Shown here one piece after another: positions 27,694 through 37,794 of a stretch of DNA of 64,000 bases; within the stretch, counting starts at the first letter, position 1, and each line of letters begins with the position of its first letter. The translations under genes and the position numbers were made by a program. This DNA comes from Nanobdellota archaeon (GTDB lineage Archaea > Nanobdellota > Nanobdellia > Pacearchaeales > GW2011-AR1): contig JAUSIK010000008.1 of NCBI GenBank assembly GCA_030648155.1, positions 274,491 to 338,490 of the forward strand. Direction: 5' to 3'. The notes below the pieces were generated by a model. That model did not search any database. It was not told the origin of the DNA and saw only the letters and a program-made list of their open reading frames with translations.

Positions 27694-27933
27694 ATGAAAG
27701 CATGGCTAAAAGGAGGGATGTGGGGGTTATTAATAGGAATAATAATTATAATAATAGAATATGCTTTTTTCCTCGAAACATCTCCTCTGAAATTCTTTTC
27801 TTTATCAAAACAAGAAATTTTCTATTTTCTCTATGGCTTATTAATTCTGCCAGTTCCCACTTTGATTATTACATTTATTATTGGCTCAATATTAGGCTTT
27901 ATAATAGGAAAAATAAAACATTCTAAAAATTAA
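27694..27933 (+). CDS. Small membrane protein
   Basis: 79 aa; MKAWLKGG..GLLIG, two TMs, G.IIG.IIGKIK end. Confidence 0.55.
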   Translation: MKAWLKGGMWGLLIGIIIIIIEYAFFLETSPLKFFSLSKQEIFYFLYGLLILPVPTLIITFIIGSILGFIIGKIKHSKN

Positions 27934-27974
27934 GTATCCCCAACCTTTTTATATTCCCTAAACTTAATATAAAA

Positions 27975-28559
27975 ATGGAATTCGATTCAGTTGTTAAAAA
28001 AAGGCATTCAGCAAGATCTTTTTCAAAAAGAAAAGTAAGTTGGAAATTTGCTTTAGATGCAATTGAATTAGCTAATCATAGTCCATTCGCAGGAAATCAC
28101 AATCATCTCAAGTTTATTCTAATTGAAGATAGCAAAACAATTTCTAAAATTTCAAAATTAGCAGACCAACCCTGGATTGCAGAATCATCTCTGCTAATTT
28201 TAGTATGCTCCGATGATACACACCTTGAAAATCTTTATGGAGAAAGAGGAAGAGTCTATTCAAGACAGCAAGCAGGTTCTGCTATTCAAACAATTCTTCT
28301 AAAACTTGCAGATTTAAATTTAAGCTCTTGTTGGGTAGGCGCATTTTCAGATGAAATAGTAAAAGAATCTTTAGGCATACCACAGCATATCCAAATTGAA
28401 GCCATTTTGCCAATAGGATACGAGAATAAATCTCACTCAGGCAAAAAACCAAGAAAAAAAGCCCTTGATAATGTAGTCTTTTGGGAAAAATGGGATAATG
28501 GCAACCGCCCAACCCTCCTTACAGAATCAGAAGACCTCCCTCCCAAAGAAGAAAACTAA
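27975..28559 (+). CDS. Nitroreductase family protein
   Basis: VKKRHSARSF, SPFAGN, LSSCWVGAF, ILPIGY. Confidence 0.88.
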   Translation: MEFDSVVKKRHSARSFSKRKVSWKFALDAIELANHSPFAGNHNHLKFILIEDSKTISKISKLADQPWIAESSLLILVCSDDTHLENLYGERGRVYSRQQAGSAIQTILLKLADLNLSSCWVGAFSDEIVKESLGIPQHIQIEAILPIGYENKSHSGKKPRKKALDNVVFWEKWDNGNRPTLLTESEDLPPKEEN

Positions 28560-28619
28560 TGTTACTCTATAATAGTAACATGTAGTAAAGTTTATATACT
28601 CTTTTTTATTATAATTTTT

Positions 28620-29255
28620 ATGACCTTAGAAGCATTAGAGAATATAATCAAAAAATATGAAAGACCATTAATTGGGATCATAGGTGCAGCTAATCCTCTG
28701 CCAGATTACGATAGTGATGATGGATACCGATTAGGATATGAACTTAGAGAGGCAGTAAATAATAAAGGAACTCTATTTACAGGAGGCGTGCCTGGAATAG
28801 GGGTAGACGTTTATAGTGGAATAGTAGATTATTCTGTTGAAAAAGGTTTAGATGATAAATTTTTCATCCTATTTCCTGAAATGGAAATGGAGCCATCAGA
28901 AGATTATTTTACATTAGCTAATAAAACAAAAAATGGATCATTAAGGGTAGAAAAAATAGGTAAAGATATGGGAGAAAGAAGGTCCTATATCGCAGCAGTA
29001 GCCGACTTGGTAGTGCTTATAAATGGATCTACAGGTACACTAGATGAAACATTGAAGAGTTTATACTTAGGTAAACAAATTCTCTGCCTACAAAATTCAG
29101 GAGGCGCAGCAAGAGTAATATCTAGATTTAAAAAAGGAGAAGTAGAAATTCCCCTAGATATTGACAAAAGTCTTATCACCACTTTTGACTCTATAAGTGA
29201 ATTAACAAAATATTTATCAACTGAATTCTTAAATAAATTAGGAGAAAATAAGTAA
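28620..29255 (+). CDS. SLOG/LOG-family Rossmann-fold protein
   Basis: LIGIIGA, LFTGGVPGIG, RRSYIAAVADLVVLINGSTGTLDE. Confidence 0.75.
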   Translation: MTLEALENIIKKYERPLIGIIGAANPLPDYDSDDGYRLGYELREAVNNKGTLFTGGVPGIGVDVYSGIVDYSVEKGLDDKFFILFPEMEMEPSEDYFTLANKTKNGSLRVEKIGKDMGERRSYIAAVADLVVLINGSTGTLDETLKSLYLGKQILCLQNSGGAARVISRFKKGEVEIPLDIDKSLITTFDSISELTKYLSTEFLNKLGENK

Positions 29256-29257
29256 CC

Positions 29258-30319
29258 ATGGAAAATTCAAAAAAACCCACTAAATGGAAAAAGGAAATTT
29301 CTAAAAAAGAAAGTGAAAAAATAGAAAAAAAGAATATTGAGGACTTACTTATTTTTGATTATGATATAAAATCTTTGCTATTGGGTCAGGAATCAATGCG
29401 AAAGAAAATGAAAGAAAATGAATCCCCAATTTATTATAATTCGCTGGAAAAATTATCACCTTTATTATCTAAACCTAGTCCTAAAGATATTTTAACTCGA
29501 AAAGTTGAACCAAAAAATTTAGAATTTATCTTTAATGAAAACAAAGAAATAAATTCATGGAAATTCATCCCGGAAAAATCCAAAGAAAAATATCTTCAAT
29601 TAAATAATTATATTCCGAATTTTCTAAATATTCCATTTAAGTCATTGTCATTATCTCCATTAGGACTTAATGTATCCCTAGATGATTCTGCAACAATAAC
29701 TGCAAGTAATATAGGAGAATATGCCCTTCCAATAGTGGAATACATCCATCAATTAAGACCAGATTATATAGTTGCAAGCGATAGAGGGGCAAGATTACTT
29801 GGCCTGGCAGTATTTAGATTATATAGCCAGCTTCATGGGAGGTTGCCTACAAGTGACGGGACTCTTAGATTTAGAAGATTTAGTAAAAGTAATTCTACAA
29901 AAGATACAGAAAACCATCTAAAACCATTAGTAAAAGAAATGCTAAAGTTTAAAAAAAAGCCAACAGTTTTAGTATTAGACGATTGGGTTGTATCTGGAGG
30001 GACAAAGAAACTTGCTCAAGAAACGTTTGATAAATTAGGTAAAGGTAAAATCAAAGTTAAATTTGGAGTATTAACAGGAAACGGAGCCGATGTATCTAGA
30101 AATGATGGCCATTCTTCAGGATTTGCAGGAGTTACTGATTGGAGAGATGACTCGAATATAATCGGAATAACATATAGCAAAAATGATTACGCAAATTCAG
30201 GTATAAGAGGCTATGCAGTAAGAAGTGCACAGGCATTTGATTATAGAAGAAGAATGTATGCAGGAATAAATGAATTAGCTAGAAAGATAATTAAAGAAAG
30301 GAGTCTAAGTAAAGTTTAA
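29258..30319 (+). CDS. Type I phosphoribosyltransferase with about 135-aa N-terminal extension
   Basis: PDYIVASDRGAR and PRPP-binding loop VLVLDDWVVSGGT. Confidence 0.75.
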   Translation: MENSKKPTKWKKEISKKESEKIEKKNIEDLLIFDYDIKSLLLGQESMRKKMKENESPIYYNSLEKLSPLLSKPSPKDILTRKVEPKNLEFIFNENKEINSWKFIPEKSKEKYLQLNNYIPNFLNIPFKSLSLSPLGLNVSLDDSATITASNIGEYALPIVEYIHQLRPDYIVASDRGARLLGLAVFRLYSQLHGRLPTSDGTLRFRRFSKSNSTKDTENHLKPLVKEMLKFKKKPTVLVLDDWVVSGGTKKLAQETFDKLGKGKIKVKFGVLTGNGADVSRNDGHSSGFAGVTDWRDDSNIIGITYSKNDYANSGIRGYAVRSAQAFDYRRRMYAGINELARKIIKERSLSKV

Positions 30320-30325
30320 AAGAAA

Positions 30326-31009
30326 ATGAAAACACCGTCTCAAAATATAAGATTAACATTAGAAGGGAAAGTTCTAATAAAATCCGAAAAAATGCTCATA
30401 ATTGATCCATGTTATTTAGAAAAAGATTATTCTCAACCTTTGGATGATCTTGAAAATCTATATGACGCTTCTGAAATTAAATTATTGGATGAGGAAGAAA
30501 GAATAATGAAAAAGACAAATAGTCGCACTTATTTGAAAATGATTGATAATGTACTTAAAGAGGCAAAAGAAAAAGGAAAATTAACCAAGAAAACAATGGA
30601 ATCAATAAAAGAAATGGAAGATAATCTTAAAAAATATGCAATAGAAAGACAAAATATTGAAGAAAAAATAAAACAATTAAGAAAAAGTTCTAGTATGATT
30701 CTTCCTAATATCGCTCAAACAGACAATTATATATTTTTTGCAAACCCTATTGGGGATGGAAGCTTTCCAATAGTCAAAAATAAAAAAGGAATTTATATCA
30801 TATTCGGAGATCAGCCAAAAACTCTAAGGGGAAGAACATTAGGGTACTCCGGTGTAGAGTCTGCAACTCAAGTTATTGCAGACCCAGCCGATATCGAGAT
30901 TAAAAAAGAGGTATCTAGAGATTTATACGCGATAATAAATGTAAGCAATGGATTATATGAATGTAAGTTCATCAATAACAATGATGCTCTATCTATCACA
31001 AAAAAATAA
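30326..31009 (+). CDS. DUF4241-like protein with coiled-coil insertion
   Basis: MLIIDPCYL, IGDGSFPI, LGYSGVESATQVIADP. Confidence 0.45.
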   Translation: MKTPSQNIRLTLEGKVLIKSEKMLIIDPCYLEKDYSQPLDDLENLYDASEIKLLDEEERIMKKTNSRTYLKMIDNVLKEAKEKGKLTKKTMESIKEMEDNLKKYAIERQNIEEKIKQLRKSSSMILPNIAQTDNYIFFANPIGDGSFPIVKNKKGIYIIFGDQPKTLRGRTLGYSGVESATQVIADPADIEIKKEVSRDLYAIINVSNGLYECKFINNNDALSITKK

Positions 31010-31044
31010 AAAAGAAGAAAAAAACAACCTTCTTTTAAAAAAGA

Positions 31045-32130
31045 TTAATTATAAAATTCAATTCCTAAGTCAGACATTTGAGGCTTATTTGAAGAAACCT
31101 GCCTTTTATCTTCAGCATGCCTTCCTGTAATGTAAGGTGATTTAACACCAGTCATTATAGTAATAACACGCACTTTATTGGCAAATTCCCTATTTACTCT
31201 TGCTCCAATGATAACCTGAGCATCTGGACTGATATTTTCAGTTACTAATTCTCCAACATTAGCGAACTCTTCTAATTTAAAATCAGGTCCGCATGTGATG
31301 TGAATCAACGCTCCAGTTGCCCCTTTATAATCGACATCTAGAAGTGGGTGAGTTAGTGCTTGTCGCACAGCCTCATCAACTCTAGCTGTTGTATCACTTT
31401 CTCCAACGCCTATAACTGCAACATCACCATTCTTCATTATAGCAGAAACGTCCGCATAGTCTAAGTTGATCAATGATGGCAAAGTAATTGTTTCCACAAT
31501 ACCTTTAATCATTGTACTGACTAATTCGTTCGCCACTGCAAATGCTTGTTCCATCGGCAAGTTTCCTGCAATATCAACTAATCTATTATTATCAATAAGA
31601 ATAGCTGTATCAACAACTTCAGTTAGCTCTTGTAAGCCAAATTCAGCTTTATCCTGCCTGGCTTTTTCACAGTCAAAAGGCATAGTAGCAACAGCAATAA
31701 CAACCGCTCCAGACTCCTTAGCTAATTGAGCAATAACAGGTGCAGCTCCAGTTCCAGTTCCACCGCCTAAACCAACATTAATAAAAACCATGTCAGCCCC
31801 GCTAGCAGCTCTTTTCAATTCAGAAAGAGATTCTTTAGCAGCCTCTCTTCCCTTTTGTGGATATCCTCCGCATCCTAATCCTCTTGTCAATTCTTTTCCT
31901 ATAAGAATTTTTTCATCAGATTTAGTAATGCTTAAATGAAGTGCATCAGTATTGACGCCATAAATAGTTGCCCCGCTTATTCCTTTATTAAACAGCCAAG
32001 TTATAGCATTACATCCAGCTCCGCCAACACCAAAAACTTTAATGTTAGCTTTTCCAGCACGTAATTCATCAAAATTAATACTATGAGTCTCTGCATGTTG
32101 CATAGCCTCTTTTGCAAAATCTAATACCAT
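31045..32130 (-). CDS. ftsZ: Cell division protein FtsZ
   Basis: GVGGAGCNA, GLGGGTGTG, NLDYADV; strong SD AGGAGGT at 32138-32144. Confidence 0.96.
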   Translation of the reverse strand: MVLDFAKEAMQHAETHSINFDELRAGKANIKVFGVGGAGCNAITWLFNKGISGATIYGVNTDALHLSITKSDEKILIGKELTRGLGCGGYPQKGREAAKESLSELKRAASGADMVFINVGLGGGTGTGAAPVIAQLAKESGAVVIAVATMPFDCEKARQDKAEFGLQELTEVVDTAILIDNNRLVDIAGNLPMEQAFAVANELVSTMIKGIVETITLPSLINLDYADVSAIMKNGDVAVIGVGESDTTARVDEAVRQALTHPLLDVDYKGATGALIHITCGPDFKLEEFANVGELVTENISPDAQVIIGARVNREFANKVRVITIMTGVKSPYITGRHAEDKRQVSSNKPQMSDLGIEFYN

Positions 32131-32309
32131 TCTAATAACCTCCTTTCATTTCTTTTTTTACCATTTAATTCATTAAGAGAACTCCTTTAAATATTTGACT
32201 ATTCTTCAGAATATTAATTATACTCTCACCCTGGCAAAAAAATATTTTTTATGTAATATTATAGTGACAAAAGAAAAATGAAGAATGAAGTAAAAAATAC
32301 TAATTTATT

Positions 32310-33308
32310 CTAAATTTTCTTTATCCCAACTCTTCTAACACTATCCAAAACAAACTTTTCAGCCTGATCCAAAGGCATTTTTTTCAAAACAAATGCAGCA
32401 GCTGCCTTATGCCCCCCTCCCCCTAACTCTTTTGCAAGTATGGCGACATTTACACCTTTTTTAGACCTAAATGATCCCTTAATTTCATTTTCCCACTCAA
32501 TAAGATTAAAAACAAAATCACATTCCCCTATAAATTGCAGTTCATTTATTCCTAACCTTGTTTCAGCCTTATTTAGCCCCAACCTCTTAACATCTGCTAG
32601 AGTTATGCTGGTATATCCACATTTTAATTCACTATCATATTTCAGCTTATTAAAAAGTAATCCAAAATACTTAATAATTCTAAATGGTTGAGTGTATAAT
32701 ACGGGTCTTAATATATCATTTAAATAATCAGCGCCATGGCCAATCAAAAACACAGCATCCGATAATGCCTTTTCAGGCAAGCTGTCATATTCAAAAAAAC
32801 CACTATCAGTACATACTCCTAGTAATAATCTTCTAGAAAGTTCTCTGTCGAATTTTATACCATTAGATTTAAAAAAATCAACTAGTACAGAGCATGCAGA
32901 TGGGGCCATTGAATCTACATAATTTAAATTTCCATAATAAGAATTTGAATCATGGTGATCAATATTTATAATAAAATTTTTGAGTTTAAAATTTTCTCCA
33001 AGTTTACCTGAAACATTTTTCCATGAACCGCAGTCTAAAAAAATAACACAATCAAAATCCACTAAATTTAGATCACTTATATCTTTTCCAAATTCAACCT
33101 CTTTAGAATATTCAAGTTTACTCAAATTTTCAGAAACATTATCGTAGCTTACAAGTTTTACATTACATATCAAATCTCTTTCTAGAATATATTTCATTGC
33201 AGTACAGCAACCTAAACTATCTCCATCAGGAACAGAATGCAAAGTCATGGCTATATTTTTGCACTTTTTAATTTTCGCCCATATTTCATTAAATGAGTTA
33301 TTTTCCAT
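32310..33308 (-). CDS. DHH/DHHA1 phosphoesterase (NrnA-like oligoribonuclease/pAp phosphatase)
   Basis: HSVPDGDSLG, IDHH, TDSGFF, KGSFRS, GGGGHKAAAA. Confidence 0.88.
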   Translation of the reverse strand: MENNSFNEIWAKIKKCKNIAMTLHSVPDGDSLGCCTAMKYILERDLICNVKLVSYDNVSENLSKLEYSKEVEFGKDISDLNLVDFDCVIFLDCGSWKNVSGKLGENFKLKNFIINIDHHDSNSYYGNLNYVDSMAPSACSVLVDFFKSNGIKFDRELSRRLLLGVCTDSGFFEYDSLPEKALSDAVFLIGHGADYLNDILRPVLYTQPFRIIKYFGLLFNKLKYDSELKCGYTSITLADVKRLGLNKAETRLGINELQFIGECDFVFNLIEWENEIKGSFRSKKGVNVAILAKELGGGGHKAAAAFVLKKMPLDQAEKFVLDSVRRVGIKKI

Positions 33309-33979
33309 TAAATTTTTTCTAATAATTCTGCTCTAATGCCGTTGTCATTGCAAAGCTTGACAAATTTTTCAGCGTCCTCTTTAGTTCCAGCTACCCCTGC
33401 GCCATAATGCATTGGTAGAGCTAAGTCAGGCTTTAACATTTGAGCAACTTCATACGCCTCCTCAGCATCCATTACATATTTTCCTGATACAGGCAATAAG
33501 GCGATAAATTCATTTCCATGTTTTCCATATCCAGTTAAATTTTGCATTTCTGGAATTTTATCAGTATCTCCAGAATGATAAATAACAACCCCATGTAATT
33601 TAATTAAATATCCCAGCCATTCCTCATTCTTAGGATGAAATTCTTTTCCAACATTATATGCCGGCATAACTTCTATTTTTACATTTCCAAATTCAATTTC
33701 ATCACCTATTTCAACAACTTGCATTTCAACACCTTCAATTCTAGTTATTTTACTTTGAACATCTGGAGAAACAACAATAATAGTCCCCTCTTTAGATAAT
33801 TTTGTAATGTCTTTAATACTGCAATGATCATAATGACTATGTGTAATAAGAATTAAATCAACTTTTTCAATTCCTTCAGAAATATTATAAGGATCTACAG
33901 CAATCCTCTTTCCATTCCCATTTCTTATTAAAAAGCCTGAATGTCCTAAAAAATCAATATTTACCCCGCCTATCTCCAT
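33308..33979 (-). CDS. MBL-fold metallo-hydrolase
   Basis: LGHSGF, THSHYDH, YHSGDT, PMHYG. Confidence 0.9.
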   Translation of the reverse strand: MEIGGVNIDFLGHSGFLIRNGNGKRIAVDPYNISEGIEKVDLILITHSHYDHCSIKDITKLSKEGTIIVVSPDVQSKITRIEGVEMQVVEIGDEIEFGNVKIEVMPAYNVGKEFHPKNEEWLGYLIKLHGVVIYHSGDTDKIPEMQNLTGYGKHGNEFIALLPVSGKYVMDAEEAYEVAQMLKPDLALPMHYGAGVAGTKEDAEKFVKLCNDNGIRAELLEKI

Positions 33980-34101
33980 ATAATTCCCTATAAACTCAAA
34001 TTTTTAAACTTAATCGTGCCCCCCTTCATCCAAGTTAAATTAACCTCTTCCAAAATCAAAGTCTAACTCGAAATTAAAATTTAACAAGCAACATTAATAT
34101 T

Positions 34102-34506
34102 TTATTTTACAAACTCAACATTATCCATATCTCCAAATTGTTTATCGCCAGTTAAAAACTTTATTCCTAATTGTCTAGCAAATGTATATCCAATACAATT
34201 AGTCATTGATAAATCTCTCTTATTTAATTTAAATTTTAATTTTGCTGCCTCTTTTATAACCTCTTCATCGAAATCCTTAACAAATTTATAATAAATTTCA
34301 ATTGTTTTCTTTCCCAATTCTTCATTCTTATCTTTTAAAAATCCATGATATAACTCAAAAAGGCTCATTTTGGTCGTAACTACTTCAGCATCCTTATATG
34401 GAAGATAATTGGAATTGCCTTTAACAATTTCGACAAAAGCGTAGGTATCGAAAAAGAAAGTTTGATTTCCCCCTAAAACTTCAGTAAAGTTCTCTTCTTG
34501 CTTCAT
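34102..34506 (-). CDS. PIN-domain toxin (VapC)
   Basis: FFDTYAFVE, SLFELY, LSMTNCIGY, LTGDKQF. Confidence 0.85.
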   Translation of the reverse strand: MKQEENFTEVLGGNQTFFFDTYAFVEIVKGNSNYLPYKDAEVVTTKMSLFELYHGFLKDKNEELGKKTIEIYYKFVKDFDEEVIKEAAKLKFKLNKRDLSMTNCIGYTFARQLGIKFLTGDKQFGDMDNVEFVK

Positions 34507-34705
34507 CTTTAAACTCCTGTCCTGATTTTTTGATTTTTCCTTTTCCTATTCCAAAAGTCTCACTAAAGGCTTTAGAACCGTTTTTTATTACAATTAATTT
34601 TACATTTTCATCCTCTTTCATATTTTCTTTTTCAACAACTTCTTTAGGTATAACTACTCCAAATGAATTCCCCCATTTCTTTAATTTCACATCTATCACA
34701 GTCAT
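34481..34705 (-). CDS. AbrB/MazE-type antitoxin (VapB)
   Basis: KLKKWGNSFGVVIPKEVV. Confidence 0.88.
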   Translation of the reverse strand: MTVIDVKLKKWGNSFGVVIPKEVVEKENMKEDENVKLIVIKNGSKAFSETFGIGKGKIKKSGQEFKDEARRELY

Positions 34706-34707
34706 AA

Positions 34708-34722
34708 TTATACAATGTATAA
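34708..34722 (-). promoter_or_regulatory. Palindromic operator of the vapBC pair
   Basis: TTATACA-A-TGTATAA between the TATA (TTTAAATA) and the antitoxin ATG. Confidence 0.55.
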
Positions 34723-34735
34723 CTAATATTTAAAC

Positions 34736-36055
34736 CTATAGCCCTTCAATTTCTCTGGCTATACTTAACATTTTTCCTTCTCCACCTTTCCCGCATATTA
34801 TCTGCATCCCAACTGGCATCCCATCAATTTTACCTATGGGAATTGAAACAGCACATATTCCAGCTAGATTTGCAGGAATAGTTAATGCATCTGCTGCATA
34901 AATCTCCTCAATTTTCATTTTTTTCCCTTCGCCTATTTTCCATGGTAAGCAAGGGACAGTAGGCATTAATAAACAATCAAACTTTTTCAGAACCTCCTCG
35001 AATTCCTTTTTTATTAAATCTTTAACTTCTAATGCTTTTTTATAGTAAGCTCCCCTAAACTCTGCCCTAGTTATTTCACTTCCTCCTAAAATTCTTCTTA
35101 AAACTTCTTTTCCACAGCTCTCTTCAATTCTTTTTCCATATCTTCTCCCATCAAATCGCCTTGTTCCAGAAAAGAATTCAACATAAACTAAAGGATAATA
35201 AGTCTGTACAGCCAGCTCAATATGTTTCACCTCTACTTCCTTAAAACCCCACTTTAATTTTTCCCTAAATTCCAAAACTTTTTTATTAAACAATTCAATT
35301 ATTTTTTTATCAACACCATCAACTTCTATTATACCGGCATTTAATTTTCCTACACTCTCTATTTTAATTTCTCCAAAATCTTCACTAATTGTATCTCTCT
35401 CATCTCTCCCCTGGATAACGTCCATCAATAATATAGCATCATCAGAATTCCTCGCAAATACCCCAATCTGATCTAGGCTCATACTTAAATCAATTAATCC
35501 ATATCTACTAACTCGCCCATAGGTCGGCTTAACTCCAATAATCCCACAATGACTTGCAGGGTTTCTTATACTCCCCCCAGTATCACTTCCTAAACTCATA
35601 TCACAAAATCCAGCTGCAACAGCAGCAGCACTCCCACTGCTACTCCCCCCAGTTATCCTGCCCTTCGCAATAGGATTTTCCGTAGCTCCAAAAGCACTAT
35701 TCTCTCCGCTAGATCCAGAAGCAAACTCGTCCATGTTAGTCATCCCAATAATAATTCCATCTTCTTTTTTTATTTTCTCAATAACACAAGCATCAAAAGT
35801 AGATCTATAGTTTTCTAAAGTTTTTGAAGCACAATTGCATATCATTCCCTTAACATTGATATTGCTTTTAACACCTATAACCTTTCCATACAATCTTCCC
35901 ATTTTTCCCTTTCCACCTCCAGCCCTTCTATCCATTTCCTTGGCTTCATCAACTGCCTTTTCATTTAAATGCAAAAAGGCCTTTATTTTCCCATCTTCTC
36001 TTTTAATCTTATTTAAAAATCCCCTAACTTTATTTTCAGTAGATTCGCTTTTCAT
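34736..36055 (-). CDS. gatA: Amidotransferase subunit A (amidase)
   Basis: GMTNMDEFASGSS, GGSSSGSAAAV, GSDTGGSIRNPA, RRILGG. Confidence 0.93.
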   Translation of the reverse strand: MKSESTENKVRGFLNKIKREDGKIKAFLHLNEKAVDEAKEMDRRAGGGKGKMGRLYGKVIGVKSNINVKGMICNCASKTLENYRSTFDACVIEKIKKEDGIIIGMTNMDEFASGSSGENSAFGATENPIAKGRITGGSSSGSAAAVAAGFCDMSLGSDTGGSIRNPASHCGIIGVKPTYGRVSRYGLIDLSMSLDQIGVFARNSDDAILLMDVIQGRDERDTISEDFGEIKIESVGKLNAGIIEVDGVDKKIIELFNKKVLEFREKLKWGFKEVEVKHIELAVQTYYPLVYVEFFSGTRRFDGRRYGKRIEESCGKEVLRRILGGSEITRAEFRGAYYKKALEVKDLIKKEFEEVLKKFDCLLMPTVPCLPWKIGEGKKMKIEEIYAADALTIPANLAGICAVSIPIGKIDGMPVGMQIICGKGGEGKMLSIAREIEGL

Positions 36056-36144
36056 TAAAAAAATAGAAAAAGCTTGTTTATTAAACTTTACTTCATAAAC
36101 AGGAATGCAAAAATGCTTTTAAATTGATGAAGACAAAATAAACA

Positions 36145-36885
36145 ATGGAAAAAACCTCTCTGATGTTAAAAATTGAAAATAAAATTGGAGAAAAATTAGA
36201 TGACTATCTTATAAGAGAATATAATCATAAGCATCTTTCAGGGGAAAAAATAGCGGGAAAAATAAATGTAGGTGAAAAAACTCTCTACAATTGGTTAAGA
36301 TCATTCAATATTCCTCTGAGATCAATTGAAGACTATATAGAATATAGTACAAATAAGCCCCCAATTGGTGTTTTAAGATACTATTATGAACATATGAGAA
36401 AGCCCATTAAAATTATCGCAAAAGAAAGGAATGTAAATCCAAAAACAATCTATAGGTGGATGGAAAAAGAAGGAATAGAAAGGCGGCATGGTTCCAATGC
36501 ATATCTAAAAAAGAATATTAATAAGCCAAGTAACAAAAAGTTAAATTGTTTATATATAGAAAATAAGCTTAGTAGAAAAGAAATAGCTTTGCGATATGGT
36601 GTGCATCCAGAAACAGTTGGAATATGGTTAAGAAAAGCTAGATTAAGCAAAAACTTTCATAGTGTATATGACAAAAAGAAATTTAGAAAGAAAAAATTGG
36701 ATGAATTGTTAGAAAAAGCTGAGAAAAAACCACAAGACCTTTCGATGAGAGACTTTAAAAATATAAAGCAGGAAAATGGAAGATCCTATTATGGAATTCT
36801 CACTTGGTATATTTCAAGATTCGGCTACAATTTTTCAAAAGCAAAAGAACATTTAATCAGAACTCTTTATTCTCAAGAAAATTAA
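36145..36885 (+). CDS. Protein with three tandem HTH repeats
   Basis: SGEKIAGKINVGEKTLYNWL / PIKIIAKERNVNPKTIYRWM / SRKEIALRYGVHPETVGIWL. Confidence 0.7.
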   Translation: MEKTSLMLKIENKIGEKLDDYLIREYNHKHLSGEKIAGKINVGEKTLYNWLRSFNIPLRSIEDYIEYSTNKPPIGVLRYYYEHMRKPIKIIAKERNVNPKTIYRWMEKEGIERRHGSNAYLKKNINKPSNKKLNCLYIENKLSRKEIALRYGVHPETVGIWLRKARLSKNFHSVYDKKKFRKKKLDELLEKAEKKPQDLSMRDFKNIKQENGRSYYGILTWYISRFGYNFSKAKEHLIRTLYSQEN

Positions 36886-36888
36886 TTT

Positions 36889-37245
36889 TTATTTTAGTTT
36901 CCAAATAAGTCCATCCTTTCTTTTTATAGTTCCATCAAATCCAAAAAAACTTCCCCAAGGATCATACCAGCCATTTTTTGTGTAAAAGAAAGGAATACCA
37001 TCTTGTATTCTAATTTGAGTTTTTTCATATAAATCATCTTCTCTTTTTATGAAAACAGAATATTCCTTGTTTTTATTATCATGAACAACAACGTCTGTTA
37101 ATCCATCTTGATTGACATCAGCATTTTCTTTAAAAAAATCTTCTTCCTTAGCAAGATAGCCCATTAGTGGTGCCACACTTAGTGCTACAATAAATGCATA
37201 CCTAAATTTATCATTTCTTAAATTATTTGGGCTTCTATCTACCAT
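36889..37245 (-). CDS. Hypothetical membrane-anchored protein with a DxDxDG-like Ca-binding loop
   Basis: TM followed by DVNQDGLTDVVV. Confidence 0.55.
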   Translation of the reverse strand: MVDRSPNNLRNDKFRYAFIVALSVAPLMGYLAKEEDFFKENADVNQDGLTDVVVHDNKNKEYSVFIKREDDLYEKTQIRIQDGIPFFYTKNGWYDPWGSFFGFDGTIKRKDGLIWKLK

Positions 37246-37267
37246 AAAAAACTAAAAAACCTTCACT

Positions 37268-37453
37268 TTATAAGCTTATTGAATTACAATTATCAAGAAA
37301 TTCAGTTGTAGATTTAATTTTCCCTTCCTTTACTGCATTTAAAAAATTTTCTTGATATTCTTTTCTTAGGCTTGCTTTCATCAAGCTAATCAAAGCCTTC
37401 ATCCCCCCATCATCTAATTCATTATTCTTAATAATTCTCAATATTCTATTCAA
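37268..37453 (-). CDS. Small hypothetical protein
   Basis: 61-aa ORF overlapping the stop of the DUF5678-like gene. Confidence 0.35.
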   Translation of the reverse strand: MNRILRIIKNNELDDGGMKALISLMKASLRKEYQENFLNAVKEGKIKSTTEFLDNCNSISL

Positions 37454-37794
37454 ATCTGCAAATCATCAAATAGATCTGAACGACTGATGAAGTAATTCGC
37501 ATCAGTGATTGGCTCCTTACGAAGATCCCCAAGATAAAAGCTGAGTCGATCATAATTACGCAAAACTATCTTTTGCAGGGATTCTATTGACCTATCAGTC
37601 GCAAGCACTTCTCGCGCATGAATCGCAATATACACCTTGCGCCCATACTTTGCTCGAAGTCGCTGGAAGTTCGCCTCGAACCATTCACGATCCTCACGAA
37701 TTCTTCGCAGAGCCTCCTCGGAAGCACGCCCCGAGGGCTCACTCCATTCTGCACCCTTTTCATCATGCTCATACTGCCCTTCTATTGTTTCCAT
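37450..37794 (-). CDS. DUF5678-like protein on a GC-rich segment (probable start 37794; ORF track starts 37863)
   Basis: EWFEANFQRLRAKYGRKVYIAIHAREVLATDRSIESL resembles DUF5678; 56% GC counted over 37621-37740. Confidence 0.6.
   Translation of the reverse strand: METIEGQYEHDEKGAEWSEPSGRASEEALRRIREDREWFEANFQRLRAKYGRKVYIAIHAREVLATDRSIESLQKIVLRNYDRLSFYLGDLRKEPITDANYFISRSDLFDDLQI

Noticed and set aside
32124-32164. Possible CdrS-like RHH gene or uORF upstream of ftsZ
   Set aside because: Only a 10-codon frame (MVKKEMKGGY*) that contains the SD sequence; too short for an RHH protein.
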